DNA of 60,224 nt, filler included, from Circinaria calcarea (Eukaryota): NCBI GenBank assembly GCA_051942165.1. It is 12 parts of 12 records of this genome, joined end to end, with 100 filler letters (N's around TTAATTAATTAA, not from the genome) between each part and the next. Parts side by side here need not be neighbours in the genome. Positions count along the whole stretch, not along the records: positions 45,264 to 50,184 come from JAVECS010002120.1; positions 50,285 to 55,204 come from JAVECS010002121.1; positions 55,305 to 60,224 come from JAVECS010002122.1; 9 more parts are not named here. One strand, given 5' to 3'. Positions 48,261 through 60,224 of this stretch are shown piece after piece. Both the position numbers and the translations under genes were made by a program. The notes beneath the pieces were generated by a model that saw only the letters and a program-made list of their open reading frames with translations, was not told the DNA's origin and made no database searches. Position 1 is the first letter of the stretch; every line of letters starts with the position of its first letter.

Positions 48261-49362
48261 GAAAAAAGTTCCTTATACAATGACTATTGGTGTCATGCCC
48301 GAATTCATTACAAAACTCCATCTCCCCGCTTCTCCCTTCTCACTCCACGGCCACCCTCTTACTTTCCACTCTTCCGTCTCCTTCACATCGCCCCTCCGCT
48401 CAAACAGGCCAGCCATCTCCTACCCCTTTAAAAACAACTTCGTACGTGAACCCATTGAACAGGGAAGAAGACGATTGCCCCATCGGCTTCGCAAGCGACG
48501 CAGAAGAATCAGGAGGGGAAGACTTGAAAGCGTAAAAAGCCTGAGGGCTGGCATATAGAGTCATGTTCGTGCGTCGGGTATTTTGATATTGCTCAAGCTG
48601 TCACCTGGCCAGGTCCTTGGTTGCTTGTCTTGAGGCAGACAGCTGATTGTGAATGGGGTTAAATGATTCTTGGAACAAAGAATATTTCCAATGCTTGGAA
48701 TCGGTGGATGCACTTGCCGGATATGCAGGAGTCACCGGAACGCTCCCCGATCGATATAATAAGACGTCTAAGAGATCCTATTGCAGTTGATCATGCTGTC
48801 GATGTGCGATTTTAATTCGAACCTATATCTATCACGGCACTTGACTCCAGACACAATCTTCGGACTACTCCTGAGTCAGGGGGAAGCTAGCTATTCATCA
48901 CCCGCACCTACAGAGGAGCTTTCGGAGCATATATTTATTTTTAAGGACATCTTGATATCATGTTCGAACATATGTTTGCAGAAATGTATTTCATCTGGTT
49001 TAAGGCGCTCTGAAGTGATTGACTTTGATAGATGTTTCGTTTTTACATCTTTAGAAATTTATCCATCTCGCTTTGGCAGAAGCTACCTACTCGTCTGGTC
49101 CAGACATGGGTTTATCGAAGGCTCTCGCAAAAAACCTAAAGTAGGAAAGCTGGTCCACTGGTCAACTTGAGCATATGCAAGAGCAGAACCGTCCAACACG
49201 GCTCTCGCATTGTGTGGCATAGCTGCCACCGTATTAGCTCTTCGGCGTTTTGGAGGTAACATCCAGCCGAGAGGGCATATAGCAGCAATTATGACTCTAG
49301 ACGAGCCCTGTGTGTACGCTGGTAGAAGCTCTCTCTTCGACAAACTAATCAGGTGCTCATTT

Positions 49363-50013
49363 TCAATGTCTGGCCTGCAAACTGCTAATGTCCTCGATAC
49401 TACCGTCTCCACTCGCCTGAGTCCCAACGCGACGATCTCCAGCCAATGACGGCGAAACGATGGTACTCGTACGCGCGGAAGGACCTTCTTCACCGATGAG
49501 CTTTTCAATAATTTTGGCTTTCCCCTCTGCTCTCCTTAACCGATCATCAAAGTCCGATACACTGTCCTCATTATTGCTGGTAGAGAGACTCTCGGGCTCG
49601 ACGAGAGCGTGAAATGTCTGGAGGTGTTTTCTGATTCGCAGATTCCCTAGGAGAACGGGTAATTGAGAGGCAGTAGCAGAGCCTGGTGCACCTGTTACCG
49701 GACTATTCCTAGATTGATAAGGCCTGGCATCATCTTGTCCTATATTTTCTCCATGATCGCCACCAACAGCATCTGTTGTATGTCCACCGCCTACCTTTGG
49801 CTGCGCTTCCAGATTAGGGACTCTGCTACCCCATACGATAGATTTGCCATGCAACTTTCCCATTTCCAGATATTTTTCGAATCCCTTCTCCAGTCCGAAC
49901 AGTCGGCCCTCGATGTGGCCAGCCCGTTGCCCATCGGCTTCTCCTAGTGTGTAGCCTTCATTGTAATACTCATCCTCCAAGCCCAGGAGGCTGTCAAATG
50001 GATCGTCGTCCAT
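49363..50013 (-). CDS. LTO1: Yae1_N-domain protein, LTO1/ORAOV1-like
   Basis: DPFDSLLGLEDEYYNEGY followed by a deca-GX3-type repeat G...G...G..EGRLFGLEKGFEK. Confidence 0.8.
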   Translation of the reverse strand: MDDDPFDSLLGLEDEYYNEGYTLGEADGQRAGHIEGRLFGLEKGFEKYLEMGKLHGKSIVWGSRVPNLEAQPKVGGGHTTDAVGGDHGENIGQDDARPYQSRNSPVTGAPGSATASQLPVLLGNLRIRKHLQTFHALVEPESLSTSNNEDSVSDFDDRLRRAEGKAKIIEKLIGEEGPSARTSTIVSPSLAGDRRVGTQASGDGSIEDISSLQARH

Positions 50014-50284
50014 ATGGTCAAGTACTTGTTACTCCTCAACTTAATTTTCGGATATTCAACCTGGCATATATACAAACTTGTGTATTATGTACTGCTTGTA
50101 AAAGATGCTTAGATATTTGATGCTGACCTGCCTCTACAATCTGGGGCGTCGTAGGGGGAAGACTTGGATCAGATAAGGATCCGANNNNNNNNNNNNNNNN
50201 NNNNNNNNNNNNNNNNNNNNNNNNNNNNTTAATTAATTAANNNNNNNNNNNNNNNNNNNNNNNNNNNNNNNNNNNNNNNNNNNN

Positions 50285-51637
50285 GCCCACTTCTCATGCT
50301 CTTGCGAGGGCTTGATGGGCTTATACGAGAGATGACGGTAGGTGGAGGGATAATTAGGGTTGGCACCGTAATTGCCATTGACTGCCATAATCCCATCGCG
50401 CTGATAAGGGTTGAAAGCGCGGAGCGGCGCATTTACCGGTATTTGTTGGTAATTAACACCGAGGCGATGACGATGGGTGTCGGGATAGGAAAATAGGCGG
50501 GATTGGAGAACTGGATCCGCGGAAGGCTCGACGCCGGGGACCATGTGGGAAGGTGAAAAAGCTACTTGTTCAATCTCGGCGAAGTAATTTTCAGCGTTCC
50601 TGTTCAGGGTAAACTTTCCAAAGGGCCGTAGGGGTACCTCCTTTTGGGGCCAAACCTTGGTCAAGTCGAAGATATTCCAACGGAACCTTTCCGCTTCCTC
50701 GGGGCTGAGAACTTGAAGATAGCAAGTCCAGGATGGGTAGTTACCTTCTTGGATGGAGTTGAACAGGTCCTGGGTGTGCCAATCTGGATTCTCGGCCGCC
50801 ATCTTCCCTGCCTCGTCATTTGTAAATGTCTTACTCCCTTGGTCGGTCTTGCAATGGATCTGGACGTAATTGAAGGTGCCATCAGGTTTAGTCAGTTTAT
50901 ATGTGTGGCCGGAGTAACCGTTCATATGGCGGTAAGAGTAAGGAGTTCCGCGATCCGAGAAGAGATGCATGATCTGGTGAGCGGACTCTTGGTGAGTTGA
51001 TAGGTAGTCCCAAAACATGGTAGCGTCTTTGAGGTTTGTCTGGGGGTTGCGCTTTTGCGTGTGGATGAAGATGGGGAATTTCGTTGGATCTCGGAGGAAG
51101 AAAATCGGGGTGTTGTTGAACACCCAGTCCCAATTCCCCTCTTCGGTATAAAACTTGAGCGAAAAACCGCGTGGATCGCGAGCCGAGTCCGGAGAACCTT
51201 TTTCCCCGCCTACTGTGGAGAAACGAGCGACTAGTTTCGTTTTCTTGCCTATGTCGTTGAGCATATCTACAGAGGTCTGGTCACCGTCAGTACTACTTTA
51301 GGCACGAGAGCAGAGTCGAACACACCAGATCGCTGATATCATGCGTGACCTCAAACTCTCCGTAGGCGCCGGCACCCTTGGCGTGAACAACCCGCTCTGG
51401 GATCCTCTCGCGATCAAAATGTGCCAGCAGATCGATCAGGTGAAAATCCTGGAGTAGAAGGGGCCCATTCTGTCCGACACGCTGCGAGCTCTCGGGATCC
51501 TGAAATTACTTAGTATCCCCTCCTTTTCCCAAAGGCACACAGGCGGAGGGGCATACCATGACCGGGCAGCCATTCGAAGTGGTGTAAACCGGTCTCTCTC
51601 CATACCGGAAGGTGCCTGGCTTGTTGTCTGCAACCAT
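50285..51637 (-). CDS. Small-subunit monofunctional heme catalase (peroxisomal type); 3'-truncated
   Basis: [15 protein letters not shown] active-site motif, [15 protein letters not shown] heme-ligand motif. Introns 51500-51556 and 51277-51325. Confidence 0.96.
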
Positions 51638-53325
51638 AGTGGTGTTGGGTGGTGTCGACGGTGGTTCGGTCACGGTGATGCTGTAAAAGACTGTGGGAAA
51701 GAATCGAAGACGACCTCGGTTGCAGCAATAAAACTTTCTGAAAAAGCTTCTCTTGGGGTTGAAAGCTAGTGCAGAGAGATAAGATGATCAACTGTGGCCA
51801 GTTTTAGATAATTGGATGGCGTTTCCCTTATGCAAGCGATCTTCCCCGCCTTCTGTGGCGATACGTATCACAATCAAGCCCTACCTTATTCTATTGTGCA
51901 TGAGGGCTCCATCGGTGTATCTAAGCGGGTCACTTCAGCACCGGCTGTCATCGCTTTGCCTTGACTGAAACACCCCTTTTATAGATCGTCCCCACACTCA
52001 TCGGTACCACAGATTCTACTCCCCATCAGTGAAGCGATTACGATTTCGAGTTCCGTCGGCGGGATTGACAGAGTGCGCCGATCCGCCGGTTAAAGTGGAC
52101 CATGTCTGTCTTTCTCTTGCACTGAGATTTGCATTCTGCAAAACAAGACCATACCATACAAGCGCTGCAGCAGAGAGGCCCTCTGCATCGACGGCAAAGG
52201 CGTACCACTTGGAGGTTCTCAGTGCCACCCCCATCCACTCATCTAATCGAGCCCCGCCTCTCAATCTCCTTAGCTCGCTACCACATCCCCTCGGTACGGG
52301 TAGTTGGCCTCGGTGACCGCACTTTGCAGCTGGTCTCGTGGCAAATGGCCCTAAACTTGCCGAAGTGTGCTTGCACGCCCGTGGTTACCTTTACTGCAGG
52401 GCCTCTCTTCTACTATAGTAGACCTAGCGCCTGGCTTTAGTGTTGGCCGTCAAGCTTTTCGCTGCCTGTACTGTGGTCGCAGCCATAACAGATGTTAGCG
52501 TGGTTGTTTTGCAATAATCACAGGAGGCCCAAATGACACTCGGATTTCATACAGAAAGACGGAACATACACCGGAGGATGCCCTCCATATTAGACCTCTT
52601 TTCGAACGGAACTTATGCAGCCTTTGCTGAGTATAGCGGAGTTGGTCGAAACCCGCGCTAACATCTGTTATGCCTGCGACCACGATATACTCGCTCTCGG
52701 TTGCTTTTTCCCGGACGTTGCAGCAAGTTCCTCCCTACCGACATTAAAACATGCTCAAAAACACCCCCACCCCCTATTAGGGTTGAATCCACGGAACGCT
52801 CATCCACCACACAATCCATCGAGATACACAAACGGCTGAAGTAAGTTTCAGATGTTATCAAGCTGTACACCGAGCCGATGTCGTCATCCACCCACCTAAC
52901 TCTGCCTGCAAAACAAGGATCTAACGGGCATCACAACGTTGATTCAATTGTAGGTAGCCAGCCGAGTCGAGTCAGCCTCGTAAGGACAGATGCTCGTTGA
53001 TCACTCTACAAACTCGAGCGGTAACGGAGCCTTGTTGAGTAATGCTCTCAAGACTCTGCGGCCCTTTCATTTCCCGTCCTTTGAGGTTAGCAAGAGACCT
53101 CTTCCGCGCGTTTCGGTGAAAAGCGTGTGCGTCGGATGCATGAAACGGGGTTTGTAACAGGGGCAAGCAGCCAACCAAGCTTGTGCTGCATTTGGGGCTT
53201 TTAGCAAAACTTGTCATGTTAGTGTAATGTGAACCTAGGCGCGGAATAACTCGGGCCCCCAGCCAATACATACACTGCATGGAAAGACCCCCCGGCTTAG
53301 CTTTACATAGCTCCGTTGTACTCTA

Positions 53326-53618
53326 CTTGGGGGGTTTTGTTTTTTTTTGTTATGCTCGGAGGTTGTTAGGTAGGCCCGGAATAACAGTGCTCCCAGCCAA
53401 TCAATACTCCTCTGCCAGGCCACCCCCGCTTGGCTTTACATAGCTCCATTATGCATCCACAACGGAGCTATGTTATGCTAGCGGACCTAATGTGGCCAAT
53501 ACAAGAACACAGTTTCTACCAGCCTACTCTCCGTGCTTTACAGTATCAGGCTTAGCTTATCGGCGCCGTGCTCCCGAGCATAACAGATTTCTAACGAAAA
53601 AAAACAAAACCCCCCAAA
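53326..53618. mobile_element. MITE-like element with ~33-bp TIRs and TA flanks
   Basis: TTGGGGGGTTTTGTTTTTTTTTGTTATGCTCGG (53327-53359) inverted at 53574-53617 with an 11-nt insertion; TA at 53324-53325 and 53619-53620. Confidence 0.7.
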
Positions 53619-53799
53619 TAATTCATATACTGATGCGAACCAATTGAGCTCATTATCACACAATTCACCGACCCTTATCGTAAGATTATTATACTATTCG
53701 TAAAGGATCCTTACAAAGCTAGAATAATAATTACTACCTATTCTGCATAGAATTCATTTATATCATCTATTTGGTTGTGTATTTAATTGCGTATTTTAC

Positions 53800-54007
53800 G
53801 CAGAATCGCCAGCAATAATCGCCAGAAATAAGTCCCAACCTACTTATGCCAAGGCATTAAATTTGTATGTGTTTGCAAAATCGATTATTGAAATCGATTT
53901 TCAAAATCGCAAAAATCGCTGTCACCGAACACTCTCTTGGCGATTTTCAGGGTCCAAAATCGATTTTGGAAATCGATTCCAATAATCGGGGGTCGCTGAA
54001 CAGGCCC
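53800..54007 (-). mobile_element. Single end of a PIF/Harbinger (Tourist)-like element
   Basis: Minus strand reads TAA|GGGCCTGTTCAG from 54010; about 10 AATCG/CGATT subterminal motifs at 53804-53988; no partner TIR seen. Confidence 0.5.
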
Positions 54008-55306
54008 TTAAAACCGGCCCCTTTCGTACTCCCCCCTTGCACCGCTGATACTCCTCCGTACAGACCAAGTCACGTGCTGCGAGCTAACCGATAGAGCACA
54101 GGGTAGTGCCAAACGATATTTTATATTACATTACGTTAATCACCATAATAGCAATTCATGATTTTTCCACCTGTCTGAACCAGCTATCCATATCTTCAAG
54201 TCGTATGCAGGAGGGTTATAGAAGGCTCCATGGGTGATTACTTCAATACAGTTTGTATTGTTCACTTTGACATCGGTAATAGTACCTCGGAGACCACTAT
54301 CATCCGTGCCGGTCCCCCAGCGTCAAAAGGGCGGTCGCGAGCAAAATTGTTATTATCCACTCGATGATCTAGGTGGTACTCCGTAAACGCTGCCCCTGCT
54401 TCAGGAATGAGGCTTGGCCAGCTCAGCTGTCTCTGTTACATGTTGAAGCAAGAGAGACCTAGCATTCATCCGACAGCCAATCAAGGAGAGATCTGCCCGG
54501 TGGCTCTCAGGCTTTCCCCATACTCACATGATACGCTGGACGGTAAGCTTCAATCAGTGGACCGGCGGGGCGACTCGCGGCATTACTAGCGATTGGACTC
54601 GAGATTATGCGGGTGCCAGAGAAAATCATGCGTCTTTCTTTTCCGTCCCGTGCAGATCTGCGGGGAAGTTCTTGTTTCGACCGTAGAATGGCTGAGGGGT
54701 TTCCGGCAGTAATATGCACTCACTCTCTGAAAAGAAAAATTCCCTGACAATCATGTGAAGGCTGACCTCACATGGACATTGGGAGGCCTCTCCGTGGAAG
54801 ACAATCCCAAGATTCGGATGATCATGTACCTGGGTATTACTGCTCGGCGGGGTGGACTCCGTACTGTACCAAAGCAGTGCGACGAAAGCTAGCAGTAGAG
54901 GCGATGCACAGGGGTACTTTGGCGGCACGCCTGCTCTTGAGACTTGCTCCGTACGGAGCAGGTCCCACCAGTCAACCTTGGTCTGGCTTCTTGACATTCT
55001 TGTAATCCCGAGTTTGGATTGGATTGTGATTGAACTCGAATCGTCCATTGTACCCCTTCAACCAATGCCGATTGTCCCAGTCTGTCTCTTTGACCAGATC
55101 TCGTTGGCGGAGAAGCGCCTAGACTGATCGGGCACGAGGAACCAGAGGCCCACAGTCCGCTAAACCGCCTCTGGTTAAAGCGTCTTCTGCCTAGGCTGCC
55201 GCGGNNNNNNNNNNNNNNNNNNNNNNNNNNNNNNNNNNNNNNNNNNNNTTAATTAATTAANNNNNNNNNNNNNNNNNNNNNNNNNNNNNNNNNNNNNNNN
55301 NNNNAA

Positions 55307-55666
55307 TCCACCACAGTAACCTTTTTGATCACTAGCACGGCCATGCCAGCTACTCAAGCTCATAAAGACACGTTAGTCATTGCTGTTACTGCGGGAATAG
55401 GAGTCCCTTTGGGCCTAGCCCTAATTGGCGCATTGTTCCTCATCCGTCGCTTGCGAAAACGATTCCAGAAAGAGACCCAAGCCAAGCAAACTGCTGACCT
55501 AGAGCTTCGTCAATTCCATTTTGCAACCGCTGGCCTCGGATGCCTGAGTACGCAGCCAAGGATATCTAGGAAAATTATTCAAGAATTACCAGACGCTTAT
55601 ATGGACCGTATCTATGAAGCACCAAATGACTCTAGGGACCGTACACACGAGGTTCCAGGCAGCTAA
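55307..55666 (+). CDS. Single-pass membrane protein (Mid2-like topology), C-terminal part; 5'-truncated
   Basis: Ser/Thr-rich stalk, TM IAVTAGIGVPLGLALIGALFLI, basic RRLRKR, then QELP/YEAP/HEVP tail motifs. Confidence 0.75.
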   Translation, partial: STTVTFLITSTAMPATQAHKDTLVIAVTAGIGVPLGLALIGALFLIRRLRKRFQKETQAKQTADLELRQFHFATAGLGCLSTQPRISRKIIQELPDAYMDRIYEAPNDSRDRTHEVPGS

Positions 55667-56399
55667 TATAGAGAGCGCCCCTTTAGTCCTCCAATTAGGA
55701 TGTACAGGACTGATCTGTTATATCAGAGCTGTAGAAGCCACTTACACAACGGGGATGATGCCTATGGCTGTATGGGATTACTCCTCACACCCGAGACAGA
55801 GCGGAAGGTTAGTTCGGCAATGGCTGCGGTGTGAAAAATCCGTCTGAACCGTGCAGCTTCGAAATGGGTAGTTAAAAAAACTCGGTAATAACATCCCTCG
55901 TTTCAAGATTTTAATAAGCGGATTTGCCATCGATGTATTCCTTTTTTAAAAAAATTACCGGGATAGAAACCAGCGTAGCATCCAAACCGCGTCTTGTCCT
56001 AGATCTTATTTCCAAGGAATATCACATGGGAATCGGTCTTTCTTCCTGCCGATCTGCCAGTTTTGGTCTCGGACGGGAGAGAATTATAAACGGCAAGCGT
56101 TAGGCGCTGACAGATGGGACGAAGGCGTTTTATGGAGATGGGCCTGAGTGGGAGGGATATAGCAAGGGGGAAAGGGGTTTTGTGGAATAGGAGGTCCGAG
56201 GTTGAGGTGGATTTCTGTACAAGTTTGAGCTGTTGTACTATTCTTCTGCGCGGTTAAGGTTTTCGCATTGGTGAATTGGATAGGAAAGGGCATTATTAGG
56301 GTAGGATTAAGCGATTTATCACGTTTAGTAGCTCTGTAACAGCTTATGCACAAAACGTTAATCACACTCCCAAGTCAGAGTGTGGCAAACCATGAATTT

Positions 56400-58108
56400 C
56401 TAACCAACGGGTACAGAATCAGTAGACCAGAACCCCAGAACCAGATTCGCCTCATCCTTCCACGTTCGCACCGCCTGTATGATATCGCTCCCGTTCGTTT
56501 GGTAATACACGTAGTAACTGTTATCTGACGGGGGATAGAAGAAATGGCAGCCAATCGAAGTACCCGCCAACACCGTCCCATTACTAATGTCAAACGAATC
56601 GCCCCATCGTTGCGTATTCGCGGTGCCGGTCCACGGGAATCCAATGATGTGATCGTTGGGATCTTGGTAGAAGGCATTGCCGTCCGCGCACATGGTGGTG
56701 TTGGGACGGATGCCGTTTCCGGAAGCTACGCCCTTGTTCCAGATGCCGGTGGGATAGCTGGTTGTATTGGTGGCCGCGATGTTGGAATCCTTCCACCAGA
56801 GCTCCAGTTCCCCTTGGTCGTTCACGTGGTGCATGGTACTGAGGTTGCCCCGGCTGGTGATGGAAGCCCCAGCGAATCCGTTGCTCTTCGGAAATGTGAA
56901 ACCCGGGTCCCAAGCAGTACTAGACGCTCGATCGTTATAGAAGTACTCGTGGATCAGCCCGTCATCTCCGCCCACATAGAGAGATAGTTGAGAGTAAGAG
57001 GCTCCTGTAGGATTATAGATATTCCACTGCTGAGTATACCCCGCGGAGAAGGCCAAGCTCGGTATTTGTGGGACTTGAATCGGATGAACGACGGGTGGAC
57101 AGTTTTTCGTCCATTTGCTAGTCGAGTTCATATAACACGTATTTTGAACCATGCCTAACTTATCGACATAAAACACCGTCCACTGATAATAGGTTATTAG
57201 CATTTTATAGTGCATTAGCTATATTTGAGGTAGCCTAAAACTCACGAATGCAGTATCGCCAGTAATATATGACGCCGTAGTTATTGGGGTCCCATTCATA
57301 GCATCTTGCACCCCAAACGCCTGAGCCCCTTGCCAAGTCCCTTGATTGCTTAGTATATTGTAATACAACTCCCCAGTGTGGTATTGATAGAAAAGTAACA
57401 GTCTATCAATACCATTTGAGGGATCGAGTGTAGCCGTCGCAGTGCCGTTGAAGGCACCACTTGTAGACAAGATACGAGGAGGAATCGAAGACTGGCTAGG
57501 TATAGCGGTGACAGACTGGGTAAACGTAGCCGCCGATGACTGGGTAGATGAAGTTGTCGTTAACCGAGAGAGGGTAGCCGATGTAGACTTCGTCGGTGTA
57601 CTGCTTAAGGTTGTATCAATCGATGTCGGTGTCGACTGTATTCCCGAAGGACTCGAGATCCGGCTTAAACGACGTCAGCCCAGCCGCAACTCGTAATCTC
57701 AAAGGGTTTGACGCAAAGGAATGCGGTAACCTACCTTGAATCTTTCCGTCTCTCTATAATCTTAATCACTGGCACGGTGATTGCAATAGCAACGATCACT
57801 ATAGATATAATGGCAAGGATAATCCGGAAACTCTTTCCTCTCCAGAAAGGATGCTTTGGCTCTGGAGGTGGGTTCGGAAGGTCTTTATAGTCAAAATACG
57901 GAAGAGCTTGCTTTTCTTCCCTGCCTACGGCTCTTTGGGGAAGGTCCGACAGAACTACCTGCAGTCCTTGGCTAGCGGTAGAGACCTCTAGTCCAGAATA
58001 ATGTGCTGGAACATTGTTGTGCCTGCGGGTGTCATCGCCAAATGAAGAGGATATTATATTGCCATAAAGACGTGTACTTGAACCAAGAAAGCTATGGGGG
58101 TTTTCCAT
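56400..58108 (-). CDS. Type II membrane protein with Ser/Thr stalk and fungal fucose-lectin-like beta-propeller
   Basis: Introns 57664-57734 and 57183-57245 join three ORFs. TM IILAIISIVIVAIAITVPV; repeats such as LLLFYQYHTGEL, AMNGTPI, LYVGGDDGLIHEY, AFYQDPND, VYYQTNGSDI. Confidence 0.7.
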
Positions 58109-58899
58109 CGAGTATGAATATTAAGAGACATGGGCAAATGATGAAGGAGAGCAGATCGAGGCTGTATTGGAAACATAATGCAGGAAGCTAACAATGAAGA
58201 GATATGTGGGTTGGACACTGCCATAGGCCAGTGCTCGGCACCTACGAATTGTGACGCTGGAAACTACTGTAGCAGGGGTGAGTTTTATCTCCCTAAGCGC
58301 CTTTGATCCCGGACGGCGGCAAAGGCTACTGGTCAGCCGCCCTTAGGATAAATGAAACATCGCTAACATATTCGACGAGGGCAGATTTAAAGTGGTATGT
58401 ACTATGTAGTGGTAGATCTGAGACACTGACCGTACGAGGAACCAAGTTGGTAAAAGAGACCTGGAAGACTGAGGGTGAGGCGCCCATCCGAATGAAGGCT
58501 CCGTAAAAGCATAGAATAGTAGATGGAAATACGCATCATAAGAAAGGAAAAGAAAACCCGTACAATTACTAAACTGCTTGCCTGGGTCGTATCATAAGAA
58601 AAACTCAAATCACAACAAGAAGAATCAAAGTACAGAGTAACCGGCTCTCAGACATTTCTCCGGACTCCCGCGGTCCGACTGCAGCCGGCCTAGCCGCGGC
58701 ATTCATCAAGAGCTCCGACCAATCCGAGCTCAGCTCCAGCTACAGCTTTTAGAACACAAAGGACTCATGTTTCCAGTAACTTTAGGTAGGAAGTACCTGG
58801 ATCAAGAATTCCACTTAGCTCATACACTACGTCGTGCCATATTTTAGGAGCAGCGTTTTCTAAATGGAGAGCTATCGCTTAACGATACCGTTAACCACA

Positions 58900-60224
58900 A
58901 TGGCGAACCATCCCAGCCCATCGCATACCTTATCATTGCATTCACATCCATTCCATTTCTATCCCAATCGCACTGAGCCACATAGGTCGACTTCAGATCT
59001 GGACTCAACTACCACACAGCCTAGGGCTACGAGCACCGCTGTCGAACCTACAACGCCTCAGTCGAATGAACAAGACCCTGTTTCGAGACATATCACTCAC
59101 TCTTCTACCTCTGCAGATGTGGAAGGCCAGAGACGTCCTCAGTATACCAAAGAAAACGATCCCTTCGAGCTATCTGCAAGCTTGAAAACCGAGAGCGAGC
59201 TCAACACCATACGTGCCAATAGTTCTCGAAAACGCGATGGTTGCGGTCCCCTTACACTTAGTAAAGAATCTTCGAAAGCAAGGAAACTGCAAACGTTCTA
59301 CGAAGGTCAGAATGAGAATATACAAAGACTTTTAAAACCTGTTGATGAACATGTGCGGACTGCAAAGGAGTTTGAGGGGGAGAACCAGCTAAAGTTCAAG
59401 CTCGCTGTTCACGGGTCTTTCGCAGCCAATGTCATCTTGGCCAGCCTACAGCTCTATGCAGCGACCTCTTCTGGGTCTCTCTCTCTTTTCACGACCATGG
59501 CAGATGCATTGTTTGACCCCATGTCAAATCTCACACTAATCGCATGTCACCGTGCGGTGAAGAGGGTCGATCCCCGGAAGTTCCCTTCCGGCAAAGCTAG
59601 AATCGAGACCGCAGGTAATATCGTTTTTTGTTTCCTTATGGCCTCTGTGTCTTTCATTCTCATCGTCCTCTCGGCGATGGAGCTCGTGCAAGGATCGCAC
59701 GTGCCTGTGAAGAAATTCTATCTTATTTCCATCATCGCGGTAGCGATTGCTTTCTGCACAAAGCTCGCACTATTCTTCTACTGCTGGGCATTACGCAACG
59801 TATATTCCCAGATCCGTATTCTGTGGGAAGATCATCGCAATGACATTATCATCAATGGATTCGGTATTTTGACTTCTCTTGGAGGAGCGAAGCTTGCATG
59901 GTGGATTGACCCTACGGGTGCGATTATCCTAGCCTGCTTGATCGCTACGTTATGGTTGAGGACCGCATACTCCGAGTTTCAGCTTCTCATTGGGGTGACA
60001 GCGGATACGCAGATGCAACAATGGATTACCTACATCTGTACGTACTTGTGTCTGGACTTGCGAGAACTACTGCTTACCTTTTGACAGCGATGACCCATTC
60101 GCCCATGATTGTTGCCATTGACACAGTCAGGGCATATCACAGCGGTCCGCGAATTATTGTCGAAGTTGATGTAGTTATGGATCCGAACGAGACTCTCCGA
60201 GCAACCCACGACGTGGCGGAAGAG
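58900..60224 (+). CDS. Cation diffusion facilitator, Mn-CDF (MTP8-11-like); 3'-truncated
   Basis: SGSLSLFTTMADALFD (DxxxD), FPSGKARIET, WEDHRND, WWIDPTGA, DTVRAYH. Intron 60038-60087. ATG at 58900 in CACAATGGC context (in-frame alternative at 58864). Confidence 0.94.

Noticed and set aside
48400..49200. Interrupted minus-strand reading frame between MYG1 and LTO1
   Set aside because: Contains stops and has no identifiable homology.
54407..55127. Overlapping 60-140 aa ORFs at the end of contig 11
   Set aside because: No motif or gene structure to support a call.
4941..55304. Regularly spaced identical TTAATTAATTAA repeats resembling an array
   Set aside because: Embedded in fixed N runs; synthetic linker, not CRISPR or biology. 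ORFs running into X residues are artefacts.

Overview
This is not one locus. It is 12 unrelated contigs (4940, 4939, 4932, 4928, 4928, 4926, 4925, 4923, 4922, 4921, 4920, 4920 bp, sorted by length) joined by an artificial 100-bp linker (N44-TTAATTAATTAA-N44), so neighbourhood only has meaning within a contig. All identifiable genes are filamentous-ascomycete (Pezizomycotina) type with short GT-AG introns. Housekeeping and regulatory genes: UBP12-like USP, Zn2Cys6 and bZIP factors, DUF2434, MSS1, ERF4 tail, STE3, ICE2, MYG1, LTO1, catalase and a Mn-type CDF transporter. Other genes: DUF1275, a class-I O-methyltransferase, a secreted DJ-1/PfpI protein, a Ctr copper transporter tail and an SDR tail (both missed by the ORF track), a GST, a secreted lysozyme-fold protein, a membrane-anchored lectin-like protein and two damaged SnoaL/NTF2-like genes. 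No rRNA, tRNA or CRISPR array was seen. Best leads, all inferential: (1) a probable non-AUG (ACG) start for the USP; (2) a co-oriented Ctr + isonitrile-hydratase-like DJ-1 + O-methyltransferase trio resembling part of a copper/isocyanide cluster; (3) an intact GST enclosed by diverged inverted transposon-like ends; (4) MAT1-1-1-like CTATTGA sites upstream of STE3; (5) MITE/Harbinger relics. I cannot demonstrate a new biological system from the sequence alone.
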